64,000 nt of DNA from the NCBI GenBank assembly GCA_947623865.1, contig CANQIC010000002.1, positions 21,041 to 85,040 on the forward strand, read 5' to 3'. Positions 22,901 to 33,000 of the stretch are shown piece by piece. Source of the stretch: an uncultured Clostridia bacterium. Its GTDB lineage: Bacteria; Bacillota; Clostridia; TANB77; CAG-508. The notes beneath the pieces were generated by a model. It ran no database searches. It saw only the letters and a program-made list of their open reading frames with translations, and was not told the DNA's origin. The position numbers and the translations under genes are program-made. Position 1 is the stretch's first letter. Each line of letters opens with the position of its first letter.

Positions 22901-24298
22901 GAAGAACTAAAAGCCATTAATAAAAAAATAGTAGAACCTAAAAAACAAACTGAACAGATTATATACAATATAATAAAATCAAATACTAATATTGAAGATT
23001 TTTCTATTAAAGATGATTTTATAAATGATTTAGGAATAGATTCATTAACAATATCTACAATTTTTTCTGAATTAGGCTTTTATAAACTTAAATTACAAGA
23101 TTTATATACATATTCAACTGTAGAAGACTTAGCAAAATTTATTGACACAGGTAGCAATGAAAAAAAAATTATAACATTTAGAGATGTAGAAGTAAAAAAT
23201 GATAGCAAGGAGTTTAATATATCTAATGTATTACTTACTGGTGCAACAGGATTTTTAGGAATACATTTACTTAAAGAATTACTATTAGAAAAGAAAGTAA
23301 AAAATATATATTGTATTATAAGAGACAAAGAATTTAAAACAGGAAATGAAAGATTAAAAGAGAGAATAGACTTTTATTTTGGAAAAAGAAATAAAGAAAT
23401 AAACAGTTTATTAAACAAAAAGGTAATAGTTTTAAATGGAAATATTACTAAAAATAATTTAGGATTAGATAATAACGAGTATATAGAATTAAGAAAAAAG
23501 ATTACCACAGTTATTAATTGCGGTGCAAATGTTAGGCATTATTGTAAACTAGAAGAACTTATAAAAGATAATGTGGATAGTGTAAAAAATATAATGGAGT
23601 TTTGCAAAAATAACATATATCTTGCACATATATCTACTTTATCAATCGCGGGATTTAAAAATGAGAAAACATTAAGCAAAGTATTTGATGAAAATACATT
23701 TTATATAAAACAAGACTTTAATAATAATCCATATCTTATAAGTAAATGTATGGCAGAACAATTACTTTTAGAAAGCAATATGTCAAATATAAAAATATTT
23801 AGACTTGGAAACATTATGCCGAGAACAAGTGATGGAAAATTCCAAATAAACTATAATAAAAATGCATTTATAAATGCATTTAGAAATATTATTATTTCTA
23901 AAAAAATTCCAGAGGAGATTATGGATACAATGATAGAATTTAGCCCTGTGGACGAATGTGCTAATTCTATAATTAAAATTATAAAAAGTGATTCTAATTC
24001 TAAAGTATTTCATATAGTAAGTGATAAGTTTATAACAATAAAAGAGCTATTTTATATTTTAAATAAGTTGTGCTATAATATCGACATAGTACCAATAAAT
24101 GATTTTATAAATGAATTAGATAAATATGACGAAATAGGAAAGCAGTATATTAAAGAATATATAATACAAAACAATATAAATGAATACTCAACCCAAAGTA
24201 CTATAAAGTTACTAAAAAAGAAGCATTTTAGATGGAGCAATATAGATAAAAAATATATAAAAAAGTTAACTAATTTAATAGACCAGAATAGGTGGTAG
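19985..24298 (+). CDS. single-module NRPS: condensation, adenylation, thiolation and terminal reductase domains
   Basis: 1437 aa; A-domain cores LYMIYTSGSTGNPKG and YKTGDIV; PCP GIDSL; C-terminal LLTGATGFLG NAD(P)-binding thioester-reductase fold. Confidence 0.8.
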   Translation: MIELKKIYYKEKDLEKELYCITDAQKTIWNTEKFYKDNPIVNISGTCTINCKVNFELLEKAINQVVMNNDALRTKITIKNGEPVQYFEDYNKFKVKTYNVLNEKDLEQLIKKNLNKPLSYKEDSMVKFIMFKFPDGTGGVNIVINHMISDAWSAILISSEVAGTYDKLLNNEKDTDNIESSYINYIESEKEYKNSEKYKKDKLFWERYLSDLPEEVASLKQKEEINTLDTKAERKEILINKSNAEKINKYCKDNKISQYVFFLGIYAIYLSKFTSNKNIIINTPILNRKNIKEKNTIGMFVNSLPLKINIDSKKTIQEFFNKIAQDSLSIFRHQRYSIFEILNYVREKNKNNSSIYDMVFSYQNAVSKPTTNNLSYTSKWYFNGNITETMNIHVSDLNLSGEFYIYYDYKISQLSDKDIIRMHERILNIIDQILENNDNKLEEISILSNNDIKELKELNNTGNIEKNDKTVNTIIDEICKEYSNNIAMKCKNVEITYKVFYDKVNSLAAFLRKKGVKQNVPVAIMLDKSIEMIVAMFGIIRAGGYYIPILPDEEQKRIDYIISDSKPVCIITQNNYKYKIKDVEIIDIFNEQFAQENVKSINRPNDALYMIYTSGSTGNPKGTQVMHKNVCGLIESMKSDKTLIPTSNDISMSLLKYSFDASGIDIYSSILSGGKLLLIDKENELNPQIIVKIMEKEKVTRSFLIPKWVEQIAIEDQRQETDLSMLKILGTGGETLKPNTVEHLFTKYPKLKILNLYGPTETTMFTTYKVQSENEFKENNTSIGKPIKLSRCLILNEENNILPPKAKGELVIYEDDSSIKNISKGYWNLEEETKKRFINIYNPIVEKNVRIYKTGDIVKLNEKLDIEYIGRTDDMVKVNGSYLVALNEIENIIYRIINKQNRVSVVAVPQNNTKIIVAFIEGIKKEEVKGIEKYINKNITFYMRPKKVFAKDAFPINNSGKIDKKLLKGIAIEELKAINKKIVEPKKQTEQIIYNIIKSNTNIEDFSIKDDFINDLGIDSLTISTIFSELGFYKLKLQDLYTYSTVEDLAKFIDTGSNEKKIITFRDVEVKNDSKEFNISNVLLTGATGFLGIHLLKELLLEKKVKNIYCIIRDKEFKTGNERLKERIDFYFGKRNKEINSLLNKKVIVLNGNITKNNLGLDNNEYIELRKKITTVINCGANVRHYCKLEELIKDNVDSVKNIMEFCKNNIYLAHISTLSIAGFKNEKTLSKVFDENTFYIKQDFNNNPYLISKCMAEQLLLESNMSNIKIFRLGNIMPRTSDGKFQINYNKNAFINAFRNIIISKKIPEEIMDTMIEFSPVDECANSIIKIIKSDSNSKVFHIVSDKFITIKELFYILNKLCYNIDIVPINDFINELDKYDEIGKQYIKEYIIQNNINEYSTQSTIKLLKKKHFRWSNIDKKYIKKLTNLIDQNRW

Positions 24299-24301
24299 CA
24301 A

Positions 24302-26276
24302 ATGGATAATAAAGAAAACCATGTAAAAAATTTAAAAAAATCTAAAATTAAATTTAATATAACTATTGTTTTAATAGACTTAATAACAGTTATTCTTACA
24401 TATTATATTATGCCAATTGTACAAAGCTTTCCACCTTTATCTGAAGATTTTGGCTTTCAAGAAAAGGTACAGGTATTAACTCACGTTCAGCAATACACAA
24501 TAGTCTTTATATTAGGTATTACTATCCATTTAACTTCTTTTAGTATTATAATGAGAAATATAAAAAAATATGTAAAAGAATATTCAAGCAACAAAGAAAT
24601 TTCTGATGAAGAAATTTTAGACATTAGAAAAGAATGCCAAAACATACCGTATAAAGTACTATTAGTACAGATGACATTGTTTATAAGTATAGGAATAATA
24701 TTTAATCTAATAATGCTAGTTAAATTTTTTACGATTGTAAAATTCACGTTAATGATTGTTGCTATTACTTCCATAGTATCACTTTTAACATTTATAACTA
24801 CACAAAGATATTTAAGTAAAATTTTAATTTCTACATACGATGTTACATTAACATACGAAAAGAACTTGGGATATAGAATAAGCAATATTAGAAGTTTGAT
24901 TATGCAAACAATTCCTTTTATTGCTGTAGTTTTAGTAATATTATCTTTAATAGGATATTCAAAGGCAATAGAACAAAAAGGACTAGCAAGTGCAAATTAT
25001 TATAAGGTATATTTAGCAAATCTTGCATTAGATGCAGAAAAAATTAATAAAAATAATTTAATAAAGGTATTAAATGAAATACCACTGAATAATGGAGAAG
25101 ATTCATATTTTATTATAAGTCCATACGAAAAAGAAAGATATAATTCAAAACAAGATAAGCCTATAACAGATTTTGCTTTAACCTATAGAGATTATTTTTA
25201 TGATGATTTTCAAGAGGGAATGTTATATGAAGAATTTGGATCTGATGAACAAATATATGCTAAAAAAGTTTTAGATTACAATGGTAATAGTTGGTATATA
25301 GGATTTAAATTTAGCATGGTTGATGAAGAATTATTGTTATATTATTTTGCAATAATATTATCATTAACATTAGTATCCCTAATAATTCTATATATTTGGG
25401 CAAAAAATATATCAAAAAATACTATAAGAATATCAGAGAATTTAAAAGAGATATTAGAAACAAATAAAATAAACAAAAACAATATACTTCCAATAATGTC
25501 AAATGACGAATTAGGAGACTTATCTTATTACTATAATAAAATACAAGAAAAGTTAATTAGTCAACAAGATATAATAAGTATACAATCAAAATTTTCTGCT
25601 ATAGGAGAAGTAGCAGCAGGAATGGCACATGATATTAATAGTCCAGCATCAGCTATAGAAGGAACAATAAATTTATTATATGACTTTAAAGTAGAATCTG
25701 ACGAAGAAGAATACAAACTTTTATTAGATAATATGAAAATAGCAATAGATAAGATACTAAAATTAGTTAATAATGCAAGAGAACAATTTAGAAATCATGA
25801 TAATTTAGATAAAAAGAGATTTACATTAAACGAACTTCTAATGAGTGTGAAGGTTGCAGAAGAACAAGCAATAATAAAAGAAAGATGCACAATTAGAATA
25901 AATATTGATAATGAAATAAGTATATACGGTATAAAAAGTAAATTATATCAAGTAATAGTTAATATAGTTAGAAATGCACTAAATGCATATAAAGATAATA
26001 ACTTGCAGGGCGAAATATTTATACAAGCAAAAGAAGAAAAAAGTGATATTATAATAGAAATAAAAGATACAGCAGGAGGAATTCCAGAAGAAGTAAAAGA
26101 TGAATTGTTTAGAAAAATATTAACCACAAGAGGTACAAAAGGAACTGGACTACGGACTATATTTGGCTGCTAATATTATAGAAACAGATTTTGCAGGTAA
26201 AATATATTTTGAAACTGTACAAAATAAAGGAACTACTTTTTATATAAAAATACCAAAAAACAAGGGGGAAAATTAG
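24302..26276 (+). CDS. membrane sensor histidine kinase; frame broken by extra C at 26153
   Basis: multi-TM N-terminus; H-box AAGMAHDINSP. Deleting C in ctaCggact restores GTGLGLYLAANIIETDFAGKIYFETVQNKGTTFYIKIP, i.e. the G2 box and C-terminus. Confidence 0.75.
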
Positions 26277-27278
26277 ATGGAAAAAGCAAATAAGGTAATG
26301 ATTATTGATGATGAACAAACTTTTATTGTGCCATTACAAATTGGATTAAAAAGAATGGAAATAGAGGTTGTTTCATTTACAGATCCAGAAGAAGCAATAG
26401 AATATTTAAAAAATAACAAAGTAAATGTTCTATTAACAGATTATCACATGGAACCTAATATTAATGGAGATGAAGTTATTCATAGAATAAGAGAATTTAA
26501 TAAAGATATCATAATATATCTCCAAACAGGATATGCTGAAAAGTTACCTGCAGAAGAGATGCTTGAAAAATATGATATTCAAGGATATATAGACAAAGGA
26601 GAAGGTCAAGAAAAGAATCTTAGATTAATTAAGTCTGCATTAAAGCATGCACAAACTTTAGAATTAGTGAAACAACAAGAAAAGAAATTAGATGCTCAAG
26701 AATATAGAAATCAGTTTTTAGGTAAATTCCTAAATATGCTTATGGGAGAAATAGGAGAAAAAAGTTTTGCAATGGCAGGAAATTTAATGTCTTTAAAGGA
26801 ATTAGAAGAAGAAATTTCTCCGAATGTAAGAGAAATATATAATAAAAATGTAAATAATATAAAAACATCAATTGAAAAATTAAATCAATTAATAAAATCG
26901 TTAGAGTTAGAAAAAGAAAACATAACCATATCTGAATTAAGAGATACTCTAATTAGTTTATTTGAGGTTACTTTTACAATAAAAGATATAAAATTAAATT
27001 TTAGAAATAATACTGATAATGATTATTTAATAATTCCATCTGATTCAAAAGTATTGGTATATATATTAGTAGATATAATAGAGTATTTAATAAAAAAACA
27101 AGAAAAGCAAATTGATATATTTTGTGAAAAAGAAGATAATAGCATAGTAATAAAGGTATGCAATGAAATTGAAAACGATGAATTATTTAATAAAATTGAG
27201 AAGTTAGCTATGTTTGATGAAGATATAGAAATTAAAAATAAATATAATCAAATTAAAGTAATTAGTAAATGCATATAA
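26277..27278 (+). CDS. response regulator with atypical C-terminal domain
   Basis: receiver domain (IIDDE...LLTDYHM...K); 200-aa C-terminal domain with no obvious DNA-binding HTH. Confidence 0.65.
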   Translation: MEKANKVMIIDDEQTFIVPLQIGLKRMEIEVVSFTDPEEAIEYLKNNKVNVLLTDYHMEPNINGDEVIHRIREFNKDIIIYLQTGYAEKLPAEEMLEKYDIQGYIDKGEGQEKNLRLIKSALKHAQTLELVKQQEKKLDAQEYRNQFLGKFLNMLMGEIGEKSFAMAGNLMSLKELEEEISPNVREIYNKNVNNIKTSIEKLNQLIKSLELEKENITISELRDTLISLFEVTFTIKDIKLNFRNNTDNDYLIIPSDSKVLVYILVDIIEYLIKKQEKQIDIFCEKEDNSIVIKVCNEIENDELFNKIEKLAMFDEDIEIKNKYNQIKVISKCI

Positions 27279-27508
27279 TAATTACGAACATCAAAAAATT
27301 AGGAATGATAAAAACCTGCTTACAGATTTATATACAAAACAGATAAAGAAAAATCAATTTAATAAAGATATTTAAAATTCAAGGAGTAAATCTTTGAATT
27401 TTATTTTTCTCAACTTTAATATATTTTAAATATAGAATAAATATTATTTATGATATATTGAATCATTAAAATATTAAAAAATAATATACATTGTATAGAG
27501 GTGATTAG

Positions 27509-27647
27509 TTTGGAATCTAATATTGAAGAACTTTATACAAAAGATGGCAAAGAATTATTTGAATTAATTCAAGAATGGATAAATGAAAATAATTCTTTTT
27601 TATATTATAAAAGTAGAGAGAAAGATGTAAAATATCGTTGTAGATAA
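27509..27647 (+). CDS. small ORF (46 aa) upstream of recombinase 1
   Basis: TTG start behind GAGGTGA Shine-Dalgarno; the same arrangement recurs before recombinases 2 and 3. Confidence 0.25.
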
Positions 27648-27682
27648 GTAGTTATTTATATAACTTGAGATAGGAGGTAAGA

Positions 27683-29281
27683 ATGTATGCGTTATATAAT
27701 AACTATTTCAATGTATTAGATGATATAGCATGGAAAGTAGCAATATATGTAAGATTGTCAAGAGAGGATGAAAAAGATGATAACTATAAAGGACAATCAG
27801 AAAGTATTGAAAACCAAATAAATTATTTAAAAACTATTGTAAAAGAAAAAAAGTGGGTTTTAGTAGATATATATAGAGATGATGGTTATACTGGAACAAA
27901 TTTTGATAGACCAGATTTTCAAAGAATGATTCAAGATATAGAACTTGGAAAAATAAATTTAGTTATAACTAAAGATTTATCAAGACTTGGAAGAGATTAT
28001 ATAGAAACAGGTAGATATGTAGAAAAATACTTTCCATCAAAAAATGTACGATACATTGCAGTCAATGATTACATTGATACATTTGATAAGAGAAATTCTA
28101 ATAATGATATAACACCTTTCAAATCAGTTATTAATGATATGTATGCAAAAGATATATCCAACAAAGTAAGAAGTGCTATTCTTACAAAAGCAACAGAGGG
28201 AGAATGTATAAAAGCATTCTTGCCTTATGGATATAAAAAGGATATATATGACAAGAACAATATATTAATAGATGAAAATGTTGCTGATAATGTAGTTTTG
28301 ATTTTTAACTTATATAAAAACGGAAAAAGTAAAACTCAAATTGCTAATCACTTGAATGAATTAGGAATAAAAACACCTCTGAAATACAAACATGAAACTA
28401 CAAATTACTTTAATCCTAATGAAACTTATACGTATAAATGGAATAGTACAATTATAAATAAAATATTGAGAGATAGAATATATGTAGGAGATTTGGTACA
28501 GTTAAAATATACAAAAATAAATTATAAGATTAAAAAAATGATTAAAGTACCAAAAGAACAACATGTTATAATATTAAATCACCATCCAGCAATTATAGAA
28601 AGAAATGTTTTTGAAACAGTACAAGAAATGTTAGACAGAAAAACAAATGAATGGAATTATTCAGGAAGAAAAAGACATTTATTATCAGGATTAGTCTTTT
28701 GTCAATGTGGAAGTAGAATCACTTATAATAAAAATCATGGCAAATATTTTAGATGTATATGTTCTAGTTATAAAAAGTATGGAAATCAGTTTTGTTCTAG
28801 TGTACATTTAAGAGAAGATGAATTAATAAGATTAGTAACAAATTCCTTAAAAGAAAATATATCTAAATATCTAAATATGGATAGTTTATCATATCAAAAT
28901 CAAAATATAGATAATGAATTAAAAAAAAATATATTAAACTTAAATAAAAAGAAAGAAGAATTAAATAAAATAATTAGTAATTTATATGAGGATAGACTAT
29001 CTGGGGTAATATCTCAAGACACTTTTACAGATTTAATAAAGAATTATGAAACTCAAAAAAAAGAATATGATAAAAAAATACAATTATTTCAAAGTGAAGA
29101 AAATAAAGCATTTTTACAGGATAATATAAATAATGAATTATTAAAAGAAACTATGAAAGAACTATTAACTTTTAATGATATAAATGAAGAAAATAGAAGT
29201 ATTGTGTTTAAATTAATAGATAAAATTATTATATACGATAGAGATATAAGTATAAAATATAAATTTAATATACCAGAATAA
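27683..29281 (+). CDS. large serine recombinase (SpoIVCA/CisA-like)
   Basis: N-terminal resolvase domain VAIYVRLSRED...; recombinase domain and Cys-rich zinc-ribbon; coiled-coil C-terminus. Confidence 0.85.
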   Translation: MYALYNNYFNVLDDIAWKVAIYVRLSREDEKDDNYKGQSESIENQINYLKTIVKEKKWVLVDIYRDDGYTGTNFDRPDFQRMIQDIELGKINLVITKDLSRLGRDYIETGRYVEKYFPSKNVRYIAVNDYIDTFDKRNSNNDITPFKSVINDMYAKDISNKVRSAILTKATEGECIKAFLPYGYKKDIYDKNNILIDENVADNVVLIFNLYKNGKSKTQIANHLNELGIKTPLKYKHETTNYFNPNETYTYKWNSTIINKILRDRIYVGDLVQLKYTKINYKIKKMIKVPKEQHVIILNHHPAIIERNVFETVQEMLDRKTNEWNYSGRKRHLLSGLVFCQCGSRITYNKNHGKYFRCICSSYKKYGNQFCSSVHLREDELIRLVTNSLKENISKYLNMDSLSYQNQNIDNELKKNILNLNKKKEELNKIISNLYEDRLSGVISQDTFTDLIKNYETQKKEYDKKIQLFQSEENKAFLQDNINNELLKETMKELLTFNDINEENRSIVFKLIDKIIIYDRDISIKYKFNIPE

Positions 29282-29349
29282 AGTATAAAAATGAGTTATA
29301 ATTCTTCCAAAATGAACGGTGGATGGCCATGGGAAAGGGGGAATTATTA

Positions 29350-29539
29350 ATGTGGACCTATAATAAGGTATTAGAATATCCAATAAATATAAAATGTCCA
29401 AATCCAAGACTTGCAAAATTTATAATATCACAATATGGTGGACCTGATGGAGAACTTGCAGCATCACTTAGATATCTATCGCAAAGATTTGGAATGCCAG
29501 ATCAAAAAGCAAAAGCTATATTAAATGATATAGGAACAG
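29350..29539 (+). CDS. cotJC: CotJC-like manganese catalase, segment 1 of 3
   Basis: MWTYNKVLEYPINIKCPNPRLAKFIISQYGGPDGELAASLRYLSQRF...DIGTE matches the Mn-catalase/CotJC N-terminus, then diverges into element sequence. Confidence 0.8.
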
Positions 29540-29922
29540 AAGATTATGTTCCAAAAAGGTTATCAATTAATTATAATTAAAGAGATATAAGTATTTTTTA
29601 ACTTAACTATATAATCTTATATCTCTTTATATTTAATTATTTTCATGAATTTTCTTTAAATAAAAACTTATTAATATATTTTTTTATATAAAAAAGTACT
29701 CCACCTCATATTTGACTCTTTCGACAATCCGTTTTAAGGCATTTTTATTATTTTATAGTATAATTTTATATCTTTGCGAATTAAAATGGATTAGAAACAA
29801 TCATCGCAAAGATTCAAATATCTATTAACGTTTTTGAATTTTTGTGTTAGAATGTAATGGTAATAAAAAAAATGGGAAAAATCCCATTTCTTTATATGAT
29901 TTTTTAATATCTTGTATTATAT

Positions 29923-31041
29923 TTACATTTTATCCATATACTCATCTACAATTTTTTTAGCTGTCTCCAAACTTAATCCCGCTTCATCTCTAACAGCTTT
30001 TATTATAGCTATTTTGTCATATCCATATAGTTGTATTTTATCCTCTATATTATACATATCATTATTTTCAATTTCTATATGTTCTTTACCATTTTCTAAA
30101 TCATCTTCATTATTTATAGTGTTTTGACTCTCCAATATTTTCTTTTTGCTTATTTCAAATTCTTCTTGTGTTATTGCTCCACTATCTTTTAATTTTGATA
30201 ATCTTTCTAATTGCTCAATAAAATCGCCATTATTTTGTACCATTTTTTTTACTCCTTCATTATTATTATCATTTATTATTGACATTACTGTTGCATACAC
30301 ATTATTAGCAAAATTCATTGCTCGTTTATATTCAATACTATCTTTTTTCGTTTCATTTTTTATTAATTTAATAGTGTATAATGATTTTGAAATGTCATTT
30401 GTTATAATTCTTAATTGTAAACTATTAGTTATATTCTGACTTTTTCTTGTATTCGCTCCAACTATTGCTCCAACTCCTCCTGCTAATGCTCCACCAACAA
30501 TAGCTCTGCCAACTCCACCTTTCATTATAGTATTGTTATCTTCTAATATTTCACAATCTATAATATCTGTAAATTTTAAAATATTTACTTTATTAGTAGG
30601 ATACATATCACAAATTGCAATTCTTTTATTTTGCATATCTATTCTAAACTGTTTTTTAGATTCAATTAAGCTAACTGCAATATTTTTAGATGTCTCGAAA
30701 TTTTTATCTTTTAATAATTTATCTATTTCGTTTATATTATTTTCCGTTTTTTCATTTTCTGTTCCTAATGACATAAAAAACATTACGAAAAGTGCTATTA
30801 CAATTACTGCTATACGAACTACCGCAAAAGGTTTTCCTAAAACTATATTCATAATCATAATGCATATTATTACAATACAAATTATTGTTATTACAGGATT
30901 GTAATTATTTTTTGCAATATTTGACTTGTTTTTTAATCGTTCTACTGTTTCAAACTCATTTATTTGATAATTACAATGAGGACAATTCTTTGCCTTATCA
31001 GAAACATCTCCATTGCATTTAGGACATTTAATAATTGCCAT
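29923..31041 (-). CDS. zinc-ribbon / TM / SHOCT / L7-L12-C-like domain protein
   Basis: KCPKCNGDV...CPHCNY ribbon; one TM; LERLSKLKDSGAITQEEFEISKK (SHOCT-like); C-terminal IKAVRDEAGLSLETAKKIVDE (ribosomal L7/L12 CTD-like). Confidence 0.5.
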   Translation of the reverse strand: MAIIKCPKCNGDVSDKAKNCPHCNYQINEFETVERLKNKSNIAKNNYNPVITIICIVIICIMIMNIVLGKPFAVVRIAVIVIALFVMFFMSLGTENEKTENNINEIDKLLKDKNFETSKNIAVSLIESKKQFRIDMQNKRIAICDMYPTNKVNILKFTDIIDCEILEDNNTIMKGGVGRAIVGGALAGGVGAIVGANTRKSQNITNSLQLRIITNDISKSLYTIKLIKNETKKDSIEYKRAMNFANNVYATVMSIINDNNNEGVKKMVQNNGDFIEQLERLSKLKDSGAITQEEFEISKKKILESQNTINNEDDLENGKEHIEIENNDMYNIEDKIQLYGYDKIAIIKAVRDEAGLSLETAKKIVDEYMDKM

Positions 31042-31057
31042 TTTAAAACCTCCAATT

Positions 31058-31369
31058 TTATTTTCTCACATTATTTTCTATATTTTGTAATTTTTGTATA
31101 ACTTCTGCTATTGCTAATAGCAATAAGGCTACTAATTCAAACATACAGTACACTAAAATTCCAACAAGTACACAGCCTAAATTTTCAATAAATTGAAATG
31201 TTAATAAAGCACATATTATTGCAATAATAATTCCAAAAATAGTAACACTTTTACTCCATTGTTTTAGATTAATTGCAATTGGATTTGAATAAAGTGCCTC
31301 TCCACAATGAGGGCATACACTAGCTTTATTTGATATTTCTTTGCCACAATTACTACATTTAATTATCAT
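31058..31369 (-). CDS. zinc-ribbon membrane protein
   Basis: KCSNCGKEI...CPHCGE followed by 2 TM. Confidence 0.45.
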   Translation of the reverse strand: MIIKCSNCGKEISNKASVCPHCGEALYSNPIAINLKQWSKSVTIFGIIIAIICALLTFQFIENLGCVLVGILVYCMFELVALLLLAIAEVIQKLQNIENNVRK

Positions 31370-31378
31370 ATAAACCTC

Positions 31379-31814
31379 CTAAGAAAAATGTATTATAATT
31401 GCAAATATTAATGGAAATAAATGAAACATAATAAGTAATATTGTAGATATCATTATAACTATTTTACCTATCTTTTTATTTCCCTTTTTTAGCAAAATAC
31501 CTATCCAAATTCCTATCACACAAAAAGGAGCTGTCCAAAATCTAAATCTATTTAGGAAATATGCTATTGTTCCTGTGTTTTGTGCTCCATACATTTCAAT
31601 ATATCTTTGTAGTTCCTCATTCTGCACCCCCATAATTAAAGAAGGAGCTGAATTTAAAAAAACTAAAACAGACAATATAGCTCCAAATATATAGAATTTA
31701 GAATTTTTATATCCAACAATATTTATTTTAAAATTTTTGTATCCGACAATGAGGACATACACTCAAGTTGCTATCATATTGTTTTTTACATTCTTTACAA
31801 ATAATTTGTTCCAT
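31379..31814 (-). CDS. zinc-ribbon membrane protein; frame broken by extra C (plus-strand ccg 31743-31745)
   Basis: MEQIICKECKKQYDSNLSVCPHC then, after skipping C of CGG, GYKNFKINIVGYKN... joins the listed 127-aa ORF; paralog of the two upstream genes. Confidence 0.45.
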
Positions 31815-31828
31815 TTTTTCCACCATTC

Positions 31829-32098
31829 TCATTTATTTTTTATATCTTGCAATAACTGTATGATTTCTCCTAAAGCATAAGTAAAAATTCCTGAAACTAT
31901 ACTTAAAATAATAATTAAAATAGCATAGTCGACTTTATCTATCAAATAAAATCCATACATACTAAAAATTATTGTAAAAATAACAGCTAAAACTTTTATT
32001 AACATTGCAACAGTATTATTTTTAGCATTTGAATTATTATTTTTCTTATAGTTATTATTTGTTATACCAATTGCATTTAAAACATTTTTATCTTGCAT
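31829..32098 (-). CDS. small membrane protein
   Basis: 89 aa, 2 TM. Confidence 0.3.
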   Translation of the reverse strand: MQDKNVLNAIGITNNNYKKNNNSNAKNNTVAMLIKVLAVIFTIIFSMYGFYLIDKVDYAILIIILSIVSGIFTYALGEIIQLLQDIKNK

Positions 32099-32632
32099 TT
32101 ATTTTTCCTCCTTCAAGAGAATATAATAGTTGAAAAAGTACGGTGTAATTAATAGGTATGAAAAATATTGTATGTAAAGGTAATTTATTTCTCCAGCTGT
32201 ATTATGCTGATTAATTTGGATTATATTAAAACTAATGTAAATTAATATAGCTAATAAAAATATTATATTATTAATAAAAGTATTTTTCTTAAATAAAATA
32301 TTAATAAAATAAAGAGAGATTAAGAAAAAACATATAAAGCCAATAAAATTTTTTGCCGTTAATAATAATAAATCCCATATTATTAAACTAATGAATAATA
32401 TCATATTAGTTACGGTTAAATTTCCCTTATTAAAGAAAATTCTTATCGAAATTAGTATAAAATATATTATCATTCCTATTTTTAATATATTATCAATTAC
32501 AAACGTGCTTATTATAATTTCTTCAAACTCACTATTATACATGTAATATCCATAAAACATTAATACTACACCTATAATTCCTAACAAAACTGTAATTTTA
32601 GGATTAAGCAAAGTTTCTTTTATTTTTTCCAT
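32099..32632 (-). CDS. polytopic membrane protein
   Basis: 177 aa, 5-6 TM. Confidence 0.35.
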   Translation of the reverse strand: MEKIKETLLNPKITVLLGIIGVVLMFYGYYMYNSEFEEIIISTFVIDNILKIGMIIYFILISIRIFFNKGNLTVTNMILFISLIIWDLLLLTAKNFIGFICFFLISLYFINILFKKNTFINNIIFLLAILIYISFNIIQINQHNTAGEINYLYIQYFSYLLITPYFFNYYILLKEEK

Positions 32633-32665
32633 TTCATCACCACCTTTTACTTTAATAATCCGCTT

Positions 32666-32920
32666 CTAACCAGTATTTTTATTGCTTGAACAATTATAAT
32701 TACTACACCATTTACAATAAGTGTCATAAAAATAATAATATGTATTTTTACAGTTTTTCTCTGTTGCTCCGTCAATATTATTTATTTCTATTTGAATATA
32801 TTGTTTGGCTTCGTATAAAAAGTTATTTTCTAATAAATTTCGTATATTTTTTAGTATTTCCAACAGTTTTAATTCTTCCATTATTTTTTCCTTTTTCGAT
32901 ATTTTTCTACATTTTATCAT
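32666..32920 (-). CDS. hypothetical protein
   Basis: 84 aa ORF with Cys-rich tail. Confidence 0.3.
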   Translation of the reverse strand: MIKCRKISKKEKIMEELKLLEILKNIRNLLENNFLYEAKQYIQIEINNIDGATEKNCKNTYYYFYDTYCKWCSNYNCSSNKNTG

Positions 32921-33000
32921 TCTTTGTTGGCACGTGCAAGTGCTACTTTTATAAGTGTCAGTATTATAAAATCCTTTTAGTAAGGGAAAGAAGGTATTTT

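Larger units (their letters stand above)
19849..29349 (+). mobile_element. putative intervening element 1 between cotJB and the cotJC start (NRPS, HK/RR, large serine recombinase at right end)
   Basis: cotJC normally abuts cotJB. Here 9.5 kb ending in a serine-recombinase gene is interposed, mirroring elements 2 and 3. att sites not identified. Confidence 0.35.
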
